A stretch of DNA of 64,000 bases from an uncultured Alteromonadaceae bacterium (GTDB lineage: Bacteria; Pseudomonadota; Gammaproteobacteria; Enterobacterales; Alteromonadaceae), in assembly GCA_947503265.1 (NCBI GenBank), contig CANNDC010000021.1, forward strand, positions 4,797-68,796, read 5' to 3'. Position numbers and translations under genes: made by a program. Shown piece after piece: positions 39,651-50,063 of the stretch; position 1 is the first letter of the stretch; every line of letters starts with the position of its first letter. The notes beneath the pieces were generated by a model. The model searched no databases, was not told the DNA's origin, and saw only the letters and a program-made list of their open reading frames with translations.

Positions 39651-39941
39651 TTAAGAGGCAATAACTGCCAGCTTATTCCACATGTCATACACTTTTTGTT
39701 GATCCTCGAACTCAAGTTCGTTGTTTTCAAACGCTAGTTCCAGACTGGTGGTTACCTCTCTAATAAGGTTTTTTGGTGTCACGCTTTGTTGCTGTAACGC
39801 TTGACTCACCGCCAAAGAAAAATGCCCATGAAGATACCCAGAAAGAAACAACTCTTCCTCGGTACCCGAATCAATAAATTCATCTAATGCGCTTTCAATT
39901 TTTAGAATAACGTCTTCGATATTGTTAGAAACACTGTCCAA
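39651..39941 (-). CDS. yfcL: YfcL family protein
   Basis: EEELFLSGYLHGHFSL, ELEFEDQQKVYDMW; mnmC-yfcL-epmC neighbourhood. Confidence 0.8.
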   Translation of the reverse strand: MDSVSNNIEDVILKIESALDEFIDSGTEEELFLSGYLHGHFSLAVSQALQQQSVTPKNLIREVTTSLELAFENNELEFEDQQKVYDMWNKLAVIAS

Positions 39942-40003
39942 TTTTCGTTCTTACCTTGTCATTAACTCGTGGTTTTAGGGTTGCCATTAATCCAAATCCC
40001 ACT

Positions 40004-41149
40004 TTAATAGTGCTCATTTAAAAACGTGTTTACGGGATACAGCACTTTATCTCTAAAGCCAGTTATCACCGACATAGGCCCAGCTAAATCTTGATCTAAA
40101 CTGCTATCACCTGAATCAGAAATCAGTGGTCGACCATTGAGAGCAGTAAGTTTAGATTTAGTCGCTACAACTAGAATATTATCTTTGCCCACTGCGCGAA
40201 TGACTTCAGGACTAAGTTGCTGATTTCCTCTCCCAAAGATATGCCCTTGCCCTCCAATAAGGGTAATGACCAATTTACTGGCTCTATACTCCACAAGATC
40301 AAATAATTGCTCAGCGGTAAGATCTTGCTTGATTAACTGTTGATCGCAAACCACATCAACACCTAGCAATGTGTTGTCTAATCCCATTTCTGACATGATT
40401 GCAGCGATCGTAGAGCCTGACCCCATAATGTACTGGGTTTCTGGATTGTCCTGCATATCTTCGATGATATAAGCCGCAATATCCGCTAGCACTAACTCTT
40501 CTGACTCTTTGCCGCCCATTTTGACTGCTTGCACGTATTGTAGTTCGGCTGGCACTTTCATTTCGCCATAGTACTTTGCTTGAACTCGGCCCTCTCTGAA
40601 CTGTTGTTCGTCAATATCTTTGACTTCAGCCTCTTGCAAACTAACCAATTCACCACTGACAAGCATGTTCACAACTCTTCCAGCTGATTTAGGTGTAATG
40701 GCATACACACCTGAATGGATTTTGCATCCAGCAGGAATACCCAAGACAGTCACATTATCTTCAACAGCGTCAAAAATGTTGCGCGCAGTGCCGTCTCCTC
40801 CCGCAAACAAAATTAAATCTACCTGTGATTTTACCAGTGCTTTAGCCGCAAGAACCGTATCCATAGCTTCAGTTTGTGCCGACTGACTATAGTAAACCAC
40901 ATGGGTGTTTAACCCTAAATCTCGGCTAACCTGCTCTCCCATCTCTCCTGAAGCCGTATACACGTTAATCGCTTCACTGTGTTTAAGAATTTCTGTTAGG
41001 GCGAGACTGGTTTTTTCATTGGCTTTTTTAACCGCTCCTGCGGCCAGAGCCCGTTCACGGATGTCTGCTCCGTCACTGCCTTTCAGTGCAAGCGCACCTC
41101 CAATGCCGGCATACGGATTGACGATCAAACCAAGTTTAAATTGTCTCAC
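40004..41149 (-). CDS. ATP-NAD kinase family protein (likely start GTG 41149 or ATG 41164)
   Basis: IVNPYAGIGG..ALKGSDG, FAGGDGTAR, GIPAGCKIHSGV, GRGNQQLS. Confidence 0.85.
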   Translation of the reverse strand: MRQFKLGLIVNPYAGIGGALALKGSDGADIRERALAAGAVKKANEKTSLALTEILKHSEAINVYTASGEMGEQVSRDLGLNTHVVYYSQSAQTEAMDTVLAAKALVKSQVDLILFAGGDGTARNIFDAVEDNVTVLGIPAGCKIHSGVYAITPKSAGRVVNMLVSGELVSLQEAEVKDIDEQQFREGRVQAKYYGEMKVPAELQYVQAVKMGGKESEELVLADIAAYIIEDMQDNPETQYIMGSGSTIAAIMSEMGLDNTLLGVDVVCDQQLIKQDLTAEQLFDLVEYRASKLVITLIGGQGHIFGRGNQQLSPEVIRAVGKDNILVVATKSKLTALNGRPLISDSGDSSLDQDLAGPMSVITGFRDKVLYPVNTFLNEHY

Positions 41150-41681
41150 AATGACGCTCTTCATTTGGGATAACTTTGCCTGCATAGAATGCACGTAAAG
41201 CGTCAATAAATTGTTGGGCACGCGTTGGAAAGCCATCCTTTTGGTACCGACGCAACTGCCGTTCTACGTTGACTCTAAAAGACGCTGCATCTGCCTCAAA
41301 GCCATTTAAATTATCTGTACTGACATTAAATTTGCATCCTATCGCCAGACAAAATGCCCATTCAATAGCTTGGGGTTTAATTTCAACCTGTTCAAACTCG
41401 GCTTGTTGCTGTTGATTACGCCCATCGGGACAATACCAGTAGCCATAATCTTGGACGAGTCGTCTTTGTTTCCCAGCAATGCACCAATGTGCGACTTCAT
41501 GCAAAGCACTAGAAAAATAACCGTGGGCGAAAACAATGCGATGGAAACCACAGTCTTGATCAGCCGGTAAATAAATTGGCTCATCTTCCCCCTTCACCAA
41601 CTTAGTATTGGTGCTGGCGTAAAAGGTGTTATTGAAGATGTTGATTAAGTCGGGATAAACAAACAATTCGGTATTGGACAC
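41136..41681 (-). CDS. epmC: Elongation factor P hydroxylase
   Basis: GEDEPIYLPA, FAHGYFSSALHEVAHW, DYGYWYCPDGR, EIKPQAIEW. Confidence 0.93.
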   Translation of the reverse strand: MSNTELFVYPDLINIFNNTFYASTNTKLVKGEDEPIYLPADQDCGFHRIVFAHGYFSSALHEVAHWCIAGKQRRLVQDYGYWYCPDGRNQQQQAEFEQVEIKPQAIEWAFCLAIGCKFNVSTDNLNGFEADAASFRVNVERQLRRYQKDGFPTRAQQFIDALRAFYAGKVIPNEERHCETI

Positions 41682-41802
41682 TTTTGCTGCAAATAAGCGG
41701 GCATTGTAGTGATTCGATGCCAGTGCAGCAAGTTGATAAACTTAGATTAATAAGACAAGCTATGTAAATAAGTAAATTTGTAGAAGTACCTTGTTTTAAA
41801 CC

Positions 41803-42510
41803 ATGGCAGACACGCTAAATAAAATTATCCATCACTTGCAAGAATCTGCACAAATGCATGCAGACATTGGCGCGCAAAATTTGACTGTCCCAATCCGGAA
41901 ACTGCAAGCTTGGCAGACTAAAAGATTGCTAATTACCCATGATGATTTGTGGCAATCAAAACGATTTAAACCGGCGATGCAATTTTTTGTCGACGAATTA
42001 TACGGCCCCAGAGATTTCAGTGAGCGCGACCAAGAACTAGCCCGAGTCGTTCCCAAAATGGCCAAGTTATTACCCGAAACCGCTCTGGTATCTTTAGAGG
42101 CGGCTTTAAGGCTCAATAGTTTGTCGTTGGAGCTTGATATTGCACTGGCCAAGCAGTTAGCTGACAATGAACTTAATCGTGATAGTTATTTCCATAGCTA
42201 TAGAGACGCTAACAACCAACTGCAGCGGCAAGAACAAATAGATTTATTGGAGAGTTTAGGCTTCGATCTAGCTCAGGTGGTTAAGATTTCAGGGATCTCA
42301 GCAATGCTGATGTTATCCAGAAAACCAGCCAAAGTTGCAGGAGTAGAAAGCCTCCACCAATTTTTAGAAAAAGGCTTTAAATCGTTCAAAAAATTGGGGA
42401 AAGTAGAAGACTTCATTAATCCAATAGTTAGCCGTGAAAAACGTATGATGCTTGAGCTTTTTTCGGCGAAGAGCGTGGCAGAAAATCCATTACCGCAGGT
42501 GAATGCATAG
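41803..42510 (+). CDS. FFLEELY-motif protein
   Basis: LQAWQTKRL, FFVDELYGPRDFSERD, FLEKGFKSF. Confidence 0.8.
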   Translation: MADTLNKIIHHLQESAQMHADIGAQNLTVPIRKLQAWQTKRLLITHDDLWQSKRFKPAMQFFVDELYGPRDFSERDQELARVVPKMAKLLPETALVSLEAALRLNSLSLELDIALAKQLADNELNRDSYFHSYRDANNQLQRQEQIDLLESLGFDLAQVVKISGISAMLMLSRKPAKVAGVESLHQFLEKGFKSFKKLGKVEDFINPIVSREKRMMLELFSAKSVAENPLPQVNA

Positions 42511-42971
42511 TGAAAACGGCAAACAAGAATGATTATTCGGCGCTAGATTGGAATTTGCCTAATCCTCACATTCTGCCGTGGAAAATACAATCTCAACACA
42601 TTGATCACTATCAACACGTCAATAATGTTGCCTATGTAAAGCAACTTGAGAGAGTGTCTTGGTCACATTCAAATCAATTAGGACTTACCATCGAAGAGTA
42701 TCAAGCCCTAGACCGAGGCATGGCCATTAGTAAGCATTTGATAGACTATTTAGCCGCTGCGCATTTAGGTGATCACATCTTGTGCGCCACGTGGATTATC
42801 GAATGTGATAATCGACTCAAGTTATCGCGCCAATTTCAATTTATCCGTGAAAAAGACCAATTGACGTTGCTTACCGCGAGAACTGATTTTGTTTGCATTG
42901 CGCTTTCGAGTGGTAAGCCTAAAAGAATGCCAGCCAGATTCTCTGATGTATATGGAGCGGCGAAAGTATGA
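42510..42971 (+). CDS. Acyl-CoA thioesterase (hot-dog fold)
   Basis: IDHYQHVNNVAYV motif; CIALSSGKPKRMP. Confidence 0.9.
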   Translation: MKTANKNDYSALDWNLPNPHILPWKIQSQHIDHYQHVNNVAYVKQLERVSWSHSNQLGLTIEEYQALDRGMAISKHLIDYLAAAHLGDHILCATWIIECDNRLKLSRQFQFIREKDQLTLLTARTDFVCIALSSGKPKRMPARFSDVYGAAKV

Positions 42972-44101
42972 AGTGGATTCTTGCCTTATTAGCACTATGC
43001 CTAGGTCTTTCACTGAGTCTTAACGTCTATCTTTGGGGGCAAAACACGCTTTTATCACCCAGTTTAGAAAATACCAATCCTGACTATGCACCTGAATTGC
43101 TACAAAAAACGAATCTAACACCTGCTCAACCCGGCACTCGGGCTGGCAAGGTTTCAGAGGGTGAATATCTGGATAATCCGCTAGATCCAGAAGATGAAAA
43201 ATCAAAACAAATTTTTGCGGTCAGACAATGGATTGCCGCCGCCGAATACGACAGGGCCCGAGACTACATTCTAGGGCATTTGCGAGCATTCCCAAATGAT
43301 ATTGATTTTTTATTGTTAGAAGCCGAATTGATTCGCAAAACGAATGGCATTAACTACACCATAGCCCATTACTACGAATTACTCGATCTGCCACTTAACA
43401 CAGAACAACGCGCCAATGTGTTAGAGATCATTATTGAACTGGCTGCTGACAATATCAACAAGCTAAAAACCATTCGCTCATGGGATATTTTAGAAACCTT
43501 TGTTGAACCTCTTTGGCAATTTGACCCAACGCGTAAGTCATTTATTTTGGCACTGGCTGAGTCGTATGCTTGGCAAAATCAAGAGTCGTTGATGGAAAAC
43601 GTCCTTGCGTCACTGCCCAAAGAGGATATTGATGCAAAACGTATCCGACAAATTCTAACGGTATCGAATGACATTTCGGTGCAACAAGAGGAAAGCAAGC
43701 CCGACAAGACGTATTACGACAGAGTGGTGCGATTGCAACGTCATGGCGACCATTTTATCACCAATACATTTATCGGACGTGACAGACTGAAGTTGATGAT
43801 AGATACAGGCGCCTCGACCACAGTGATCAACCAGCGAACCTTTAAAAATCTGAGTTATTCAAGCTCACATGATTATGTCGGCCACTTTACGGTGAATACC
43901 GCAGGGGGACAGGTAAATGCGCCTGTTTATCGATTAAATAGTATATATATCGGTGGATTTAAAGTCAGCGATATTGCTGTGGTTGTTCTGCCAATGCCAG
44001 ATTTTCAAGCTGCAGATGGCTTGCTAGGCATGAATTTTTTACGAGAATTTGATTTTAAAATCGACCAAGAAAACAATTCATTGTTAATGAAAAGACTGTA
44101 A
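42968..44101 (+). CDS. Membrane-anchored protein with C-terminal retropepsin-like aspartic protease
   Basis: N-terminal anchor, helical middle, LMIDTGASTT and LLGMNFL motifs. Confidence 0.88.
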   Translation: MKWILALLALCLGLSLSLNVYLWGQNTLLSPSLENTNPDYAPELLQKTNLTPAQPGTRAGKVSEGEYLDNPLDPEDEKSKQIFAVRQWIAAAEYDRARDYILGHLRAFPNDIDFLLLEAELIRKTNGINYTIAHYYELLDLPLNTEQRANVLEIIIELAADNINKLKTIRSWDILETFVEPLWQFDPTRKSFILALAESYAWQNQESLMENVLASLPKEDIDAKRIRQILTVSNDISVQQEESKPDKTYYDRVVRLQRHGDHFITNTFIGRDRLKLMIDTGASTTVINQRTFKNLSYSSSHDYVGHFTVNTAGGQVNAPVYRLNSIYIGGFKVSDIAVVVLPMPDFQAADGLLGMNFLREFDFKIDQENNSLLMKRL

Positions 44102-44135
44102 TGCTTTAACGATAGTTGTACGTTAAGGCATAGCC

Positions 44136-44963
44136 TTAAAGTTGAATTTCAATACCTTCATCGATAGCAGATTTAAAGTTAAGGATCTGTGTTTGTACCG
44201 AAAAATTCTCTAGTGATAAGGTAATCCCCTGACCTCGCATATTGCCGCTATTGGATTGAAAAGAGCACATAGATAAAATCTCCACAAACTTTTCTTTATG
44301 CCAAAAATAACATTGTCTGAAACCCGACTTGAGTATGGCATTCCCGTCTCCATCATCAGCAAAATGCGTTCTAGGTGTGACTTGTTTTTTAGTAAAGTAA
44401 TTTAGAATTTTTGCTCGTTCGTCGGTATCAGTTTGGATATTCTGTATGAAATCAGACAAACGAATGTTATCTCCTCGCGGCCTAGCAAGGTCACTAACTT
44501 GCTGGTAAGTCAGGGGTTTGCCGTATTTTTTGATAGCCTGATTTAGCACTTTTTCATAAACAGGTTGAATGTCTACATAACGGCTTTCAAGAGAATAGGT
44601 TAGGTCGATACTATTGATAAATCCGTTGTTTTTATCAAAGTTTAGTTGCAATACTTGCTCTAACTGAGTTTGTTGGTAAGGTTGAAAGAAGCTTATCTTG
44701 ACACGATCGCTTCTATTCCCGCCAGCAATGTAATGAACTTTGCCCCCTTGAAGAATCAGATATTTGACCTCAGCTAACACTGGCTCACCGATAAAAACAT
44801 CGCGAATGTCAAAATCTGACGTCTCACCAAGCGTTTGATTGGGCATAAATCTTTGCAGACTGGAGATGTTAGATTGCATCGACTCTTGCGCCCAACTTAA
44901 TGGCGCATTTGCACACAATATGATCAGACTGAATACACTAGATAACCTAAAGAATCGATTCAT
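44136..44963 (-). CDS. Hypothetical exported protein
   Basis: 275-aa ORF with signal peptide (SWA/QE); no recognised domain. Confidence 0.7.
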   Translation of the reverse strand: MNRFFRLSSVFSLIILCANAPLSWAQESMQSNISSLQRFMPNQTLGETSDFDIRDVFIGEPVLAEVKYLILQGGKVHYIAGGNRSDRVKISFFQPYQQTQLEQVLQLNFDKNNGFINSIDLTYSLESRYVDIQPVYEKVLNQAIKKYGKPLTYQQVSDLARPRGDNIRLSDFIQNIQTDTDERAKILNYFTKKQVTPRTHFADDGDGNAILKSGFRQCYFWHKEKFVEILSMCSFQSNSGNMRGQGITLSLENFSVQTQILNFKSAIDEGIEIQL

Positions 44964-45009
44964 TAATTACTCCTCTGAGTAGTTTTTACTTTTTTCAGCC
45001 TAACTCCGA

Positions 45010-46191
45010 TCATTGCATTTTTGAAGATTTAACCAGCAGCAAAGTAGCCGCGGCTAAAAAGGCTGTGATGGCGCAAAACATAAAAGAGAGATAAGCTCCC
45101 GCGCCTTGCATCCAGAGCTGACCAGCTACATAGTTACCAATTGCGCCACCTAAACCAAACGCAATACTGATATACACTGCTTGCCCGCGGCTTTGGAAGG
45201 AACTACCAAAATACCGATGAATGAAGTGCACTGAAGCCGCATGAGTCATGCCAAAACTAAACGCATGCAGCAATTGGCTAAGAATAATAATCACAGTGTA
45301 TTCAGCCAAAGCGCCAAGCAGATACCAGCGGATAGCAGTCAATAGAATACTGATGAATAGAATCCACTTTACGCCAAAGTAGTCAATCAATCGACCGGCT
45401 AACAGAAAAATGATTATTTCAGCCGCCACACCAAGGGCAATGAAAAAACCGGTTGCTTGACCACTGTAGCCTAAATCTCGAACGTAAAGTGCAAAAAATC
45501 CGTAGTATGTGCCGAAGCTGACCTGCAAGAGTATGGCAGAGACAATGAAAACCCAGAACACAGGTGTATTAATTAACTTCCAAACACTGCCTTTGATTTC
45601 TTGTTTATCGACAACCGGGGCTTTTTCTTTCAAAACCAAGCTGGAAATGAACAAGGCTGCCAGCACCAACGCACTAATAATTACCGGTGCTTCAGAAGAT
45701 GACATATCAATGGCTTTGCCTGTAAGCATCGTCAAAATAATGAAACCAATACTGCCCCACAATCGAATGCGACTGTACTTTCGGGGATCACTATCAGTAA
45801 CGTTCAGGGTCAAGACTTCCAGTTGCGGAAGTATCGCAGTCCAAAACATCATCATAAGCGCAAAGCATAATGTCAGGCCCCAAAATCCATCCACTATAAA
45901 TACAATACAAAACGTACTGAATGTCAGGAAGCTACCTATTTGTAGTATACGCAAACCCTTGCCAGACTTATCCGCCATACTGGCCCATAAATTCGGCCCC
46001 AGGATTCGCGCGAAGGTAATCAAAGCGAATAGCTCGCCTATCTGTTCAGAAGTAAACCCACGACCGTCAAGAAAAACGCCAAGATAAGGTACGAGCACAC
46101 CTAGCTGCCCAAAATAGAGCAGATAGGTGATACAAAGCAGCATCAAATTGAGAGTAGATTGGGCGCTTTTGGGCTTGTTCATTATGTCCAT
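45010..46191 (-). CDS. MFS transporter (HcaT/MFS_1_like)
   Basis: ~12 TM; YSRIRLWGSIGF, QLLHAFSFG; downstream of aroC. Confidence 0.88.
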   Translation of the reverse strand: MDIMNKPKSAQSTLNLMLLCITYLLYFGQLGVLVPYLGVFLDGRGFTSEQIGELFALITFARILGPNLWASMADKSGKGLRILQIGSFLTFSTFCIVFIVDGFWGLTLCFALMMMFWTAILPQLEVLTLNVTDSDPRKYSRIRLWGSIGFIILTMLTGKAIDMSSSEAPVIISALVLAALFISSLVLKEKAPVVDKQEIKGSVWKLINTPVFWVFIVSAILLQVSFGTYYGFFALYVRDLGYSGQATGFFIALGVAAEIIIFLLAGRLIDYFGVKWILFISILLTAIRWYLLGALAEYTVIIILSQLLHAFSFGMTHAASVHFIHRYFGSSFQSRGQAVYISIAFGLGGAIGNYVAGQLWMQGAGAYLSFMFCAITAFLAAATLLLVKSSKMQ

Positions 46192-46283
46192 CTTGAAAAC
46201 GCAAGTGCGTTATTCTGGCTGAACCTAGATAAGAAACAACTTATTCTTTTCCTGCCAAAATTGATTAGTTTGGATGCTCATTA

Positions 46284-47381
46284 CTATGCTTGTCCAGGAA
46301 TAACAGGGGTGACTGAAGTAACATCCGCATTTTGTCCTCTGTGTCTTAGAAGATGATCCATGACCACCAACGCCATCATAGCCTCTGCGATAGGAACCGC
46401 GCGAATACCAACACAGGGATCATGACGACCTTTGGTAATGACTTCGGCTGTTTCTCCATGAATATCTATGGTTTCTCCTGGCACGCTGATGCTAGATGTT
46501 GGCTTTAAAGCCATGCGCACAACTAAATCTTGCCCTGTAGAAATTCCGCCAAGAACACCACCTGAACGATTACTTTTAAATCCCTTTGGTGTTAATGCAT
46601 CTCTGTGCTCACTGCCCTTTTGATTGACCACTGCAAATCCGTCGCCAACTTCGACACCTTTAACTGCGTTGATCCCCATCATCGCGTGAGCTAAGTCAGC
46701 ATCCAAGCGATCAAATATAGGCTCTCCTAGTCCCACCGGCATATTGGTTGCTACAACAGAAACTTTCGCGCCGATAGAATCACCTTGTTTCTTTAAATCA
46801 CGCATATAAGCATCAAGATCATCTAACTTGGACTCATCAGGACAGAAAAACGCATTGGTGTTGATCAAGTCAAAATCGACCTTCTCCATTTTCACGGGAC
46901 CTAATTGTGACAAATAACCGTGAATCTCGACGCCGTGTACTTGTTTTAAATATTTTTTCGCAATACCGCCTGCGGCAACACGGATCGCCGTTTCACGGGC
47001 AGAAGATCGACCACCACCACGGTAATCTCGCAAACCGTATTTTTGCTGATAAGTGTAATCCGCATGTCCAGGCCTGAAGGTGTCTTTGATTTTGGAGTAA
47101 TCTGTGCTTCGTTGATCTTTGTTTTTAATCAACAGACCTATGCTGGTTCCCGTAGTGCGGCCTTCGAACACACCGGATAGAATTTGAACTTCATCATCTT
47201 CTCTACGGGCGGTGGTATATCGTGATGTACCCGGTTTGCGTCTATCTAGGTCGCCTTGCAAATCAGATTCATGCAATTCTAAATTTGGCGGACAGCCATC
47301 AACGACTCCGCCTATGGCAATGCCATGACTTTCACCAAAAGTCGTCACTGTAAATAGTTTGCCGAATGTATTGCCAGCCAT
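46284..47381 (-). CDS. aroC: Chorismate synthase
   Basis: [43 protein letters not shown]. Confidence 0.99.
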   Translation of the reverse strand: MAGNTFGKLFTVTTFGESHGIAIGGVVDGCPPNLELHESDLQGDLDRRKPGTSRYTTARREDDEVQILSGVFEGRTTGTSIGLLIKNKDQRSTDYSKIKDTFRPGHADYTYQQKYGLRDYRGGGRSSARETAIRVAAGGIAKKYLKQVHGVEIHGYLSQLGPVKMEKVDFDLINTNAFFCPDESKLDDLDAYMRDLKKQGDSIGAKVSVVATNMPVGLGEPIFDRLDADLAHAMMGINAVKGVEVGDGFAVVNQKGSEHRDALTPKGFKSNRSGGVLGGISTGQDLVVRMALKPTSSISVPGETIDIHGETAEVITKGRHDPCVGIRAVPIAEAMMALVVMDHLLRHRGQNADVTSVTPVIPGQA

Positions 47382-47447
47382 AATCTGTATTTTTCCTATC
47401 TCATATATTTTCTAATAACAACTTTAAGGTGTGTTGACTCTAAAGTT

Positions 47448-48392
47448 TTAGTCGGTTGCAGAGGCATAAAATGCATCTAAGTTCGCTTTGCTTACCGCAA
47501 AAACCCCCTGACCACCAAATTCAAATTCAATCCAATCCAACGCTAACTGTGGATATTTCGCTTGCATGTGTACCTGACTGTTACCCACTTCTACGAACAA
47601 CCATCCAGATTCCGAAAGCTGTTCTCTTGCTTGCTTGAGCATGACGTCAACAAGTATTAATCCATCATCACCCGCAGCAAGACCCAATTCAGGCTCGTGA
47701 TGGAACTCGTCAGGTAAATCAGACATATCTTCAGCATCGACATACGGTGGATTGCTGACAATTAAATCGTAAACCTGACCTTCGAGTGCTGACATTAAAT
47801 CGGACTTAATTGGAAACACTCTGTCACTCAAACCATGTTCTTGAATATTGATTTCAGCAACAGCCAACGCCTCTTCGCTAATATCCACAGCATCGACCGT
47901 GGCTTGCTCAAATTGGTAAGCAAGCGCAATAGCGATACAGCCACTACCAGTACAAAGATCGAGGATCATGCTTGGAGATTCGTTTAACCAAGGCTGAAAG
48001 CCATTGTTAATCAATTCAGCAAAAGGCGATCTGGGCACTAAAACGCGTTCATCTATGTAAAAAGCTAGGCCACAAAACCAAGCTTGATGGGTAATGTAAG
48101 CCAGCGGGATTCGCTCATTCACTCGTCGAGCAATCGCCTCAACAATTTGTTGTTTTTCTTCAATTGTCAAACGTGAAGACATAACACTTTCAGGATTATC
48201 TTCCAGCATTTCGAACGGCAGGTGTAATGACTGCATCAGTAAGCTTATGGCTTCATCCCAGGCATTGTCTGTTCCATGCCCATAATACAAACCAGCCTTG
48301 TTAAACTGACTGCATGCCCACCGAGCGAGATCATTAAAAGTACTTAGCTCAGAGACTGCATTGTCTATTTGTACTGTCGATAAGTTTGTCAT
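47448..48392 (-). CDS. prmB: 50S ribosomal protein L3 N5-glutamine methyltransferase
   Basis: YGHGTDNAWDEA, VLVPRSP, LDLCTGSGCI, VSNPPY. Confidence 0.98.
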   Translation of the reverse strand: MTNLSTVQIDNAVSELSTFNDLARWACSQFNKAGLYYGHGTDNAWDEAISLLMQSLHLPFEMLEDNPESVMSSRLTIEEKQQIVEAIARRVNERIPLAYITHQAWFCGLAFYIDERVLVPRSPFAELINNGFQPWLNESPSMILDLCTGSGCIAIALAYQFEQATVDAVDISEEALAVAEINIQEHGLSDRVFPIKSDLMSALEGQVYDLIVSNPPYVDAEDMSDLPDEFHHEPELGLAAGDDGLILVDVMLKQAREQLSESGWLFVEVGNSQVHMQAKYPQLALDWIEFEFGGQGVFAVSKANLDAFYASATD

Positions 48393-48432
48393 TTAATAGA
48401 ATATATCCAATACGGTGTTTTGAAGGCTTAAC

Positions 48433-49020
48433 TTGTTTGTTAATATTTCAATCATGAAAAAGCGCCCATTACTCATTAACAATCCCATTGAAGAAACAGC
48501 CAGCAGCGACTTTGCCTTGTTCAAACAGGCATTCGGTGACGTTGAGCCGATAAAGCAGGACAAAATACCGCCTCCGCCGCCTGCCAGCAAGCAAAAAAGG
48601 AATTTATATAATAAAAAAACGCGGGTTTCGACAGAATTACGTCAAGCAGCGGCGTCTTTTCATTTTTCAGACGGTTTTGAAGCACATTTTGATGGTGGGC
48701 CTTTAAAATATACCAAACCCGGTCATGCAACGCATGAGGTCAAACGATTGCGACGAGGCGAATATCCACCCGATTTGATATTAGATTTGCATGGTTATAA
48801 AAAACAAGAGGCAAAATTAGAATTAGCGGCATTAATTCATGCTGCTCAAAAGCATCATTATCACTGTGTTTGCGTCATAACAGGAGTAGGTACAGGTGTT
48901 CTTAAACGCAGTGTTCCCAATTGGCTGGTACAACATCCTGCAGTAGAGGGATTTCATCAAGCACCTTTGGAATGGGGAGGACAAGGTGCACTGTTAGTTT
49001 TGATAGAACAAACCATCTAG
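48433..49020 (+). CDS. smrB: Smr-domain endonuclease (start may be ATG 48454)
   Basis: LRRGEYPPDLILDLHG, HQAPLEWGGQGALLVL; divergent from prmB. Confidence 0.95.
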   Translation: MFVNISIMKKRPLLINNPIEETASSDFALFKQAFGDVEPIKQDKIPPPPPASKQKRNLYNKKTRVSTELRQAAASFHFSDGFEAHFDGGPLKYTKPGHATHEVKRLRRGEYPPDLILDLHGYKKQEAKLELAALIHAAQKHHYHCVCVITGVGTGVLKRSVPNWLVQHPAVEGFHQAPLEWGGQGALLVLIEQTI

Positions 49021-49104
49021 TATCGAGTCCCTAGTGTCTGTAAAACCATACAGTCGCAAACCATAAAAAATCACAACTTACTGAAAAATATAGTGTTAAT
49101 AAAT

Positions 49105-49120
49105 TGGAACACTATGTGCA
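49105..49120 (+). promoter_or_regulatory. sigma54-type promoter
   Basis: TGGAAC-N5-GTGCA (GG-N10-GC), upstream of GGAG RBS and ATG 49157. Confidence 0.5.
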
Positions 49121-49141
49121 ACGCTTGTAATTTTCGAAGGT

Positions 49142-49828
49142 GTGGAGAAAAATTCGATGCAAAGTTCAGAAGACTCAAGTCAACAAACTAAACCTATTAA
49201 CGTCAAAATTAGTGTCGTGGGATTGGGGCTGTTGGGTACCTTGCTTGCGACTGGATTTGCCAATACGAAACATAAAGTGGTTGCTGTTGATCAAAATACA
49301 GAAAAAGTAGAAAGCATTAATCAAAGCGTTTCTCCTATTCAAGATAAGGAAATACAAATAGCAGTGGAAAAAGCCAGAAACAACAACAATTTATTTGCCA
49401 CAGGTGATCTACACAATGCCATTTTACAAACGGATGTCAGCATGATTTGCATTGGACAGTTGAATCACGCCGAATTGGCAGAAATGAGCGAAGATTTGCG
49501 ACAAATATGCGAACAATTAGGTAATGCTTTGTCTGAAAAACAAGGGTACCACCTAGTATTATTGCACTGCAGTCTTAGGCCAGACATCTGCGAAAAACAC
49601 GCCGTTCCGATAATCGAAAATCACTCCGGCAAAAAGTGTGGCGATGATTTCGGTATTTGTTATTTGCCGCTGAACCTAGTGCATACCAATTTGCAAGGTC
49701 ATAAAGTTATGCATGAAAGCATATTACACGGTGCTTTCGACCAACGCAGCGCACAGTTAGCGGCAAGTCTATACTCATCTCTAGAAATAGGTTTAAAATC
49801 AGTTAGATTGAGCACAGAAAGGCACTAA
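49142..49828 (+). CDS. Stand-alone N-terminal NAD-binding domain of the UDP-glucose/GDP-mannose dehydrogenase family (likely start ATG 49157)
   Basis: KISVVGLGLLG, VDQN..K...IN...SPI, DVSMICIG, SGKKCGDDFGI align to the AlgD-type N-domain; ORF ends before the central and catalytic domains. Confidence 0.8.
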   Translation: MEKNSMQSSEDSSQQTKPINVKISVVGLGLLGTLLATGFANTKHKVVAVDQNTEKVESINQSVSPIQDKEIQIAVEKARNNNNLFATGDLHNAILQTDVSMICIGQLNHAELAEMSEDLRQICEQLGNALSEKQGYHLVLLHCSLRPDICEKHAVPIIENHSGKKCGDDFGICYLPLNLVHTNLQGHKVMHESILHGAFDQRSAQLAASLYSSLEIGLKSVRLSTERH

Positions 49829-50063
49829 CCGTTTTATGTTGGCGTGGCTGCGCTACCCCATCTTCAGCACTTTACTACTTCGGCTATTTATGCCGACCAG
49901 ATCCCGCCTTTAAGACGAATATAGATTTACACAGACTCACTTGAAGAGTGATGCCTGATGCAAATCGGTTAGACAATTTAATTTAACGGCTTAGAATCGG
50001 CATACCAAACTTGGTAAATCAAAACTTCAATAAATAAAATGTAGATATAATCAAGGTTAAGAC

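Noticed and set aside
45509-46087. 192-aa plus-strand ORF
   Set aside because: Antisense shadow of the MFS transporter.
49829-50063. Possible riboswitch or Fur box before the TonB-dependent receptor
   Set aside because: No cobalamin/TPP core motifs or GATAATGAT-type repeat visible.
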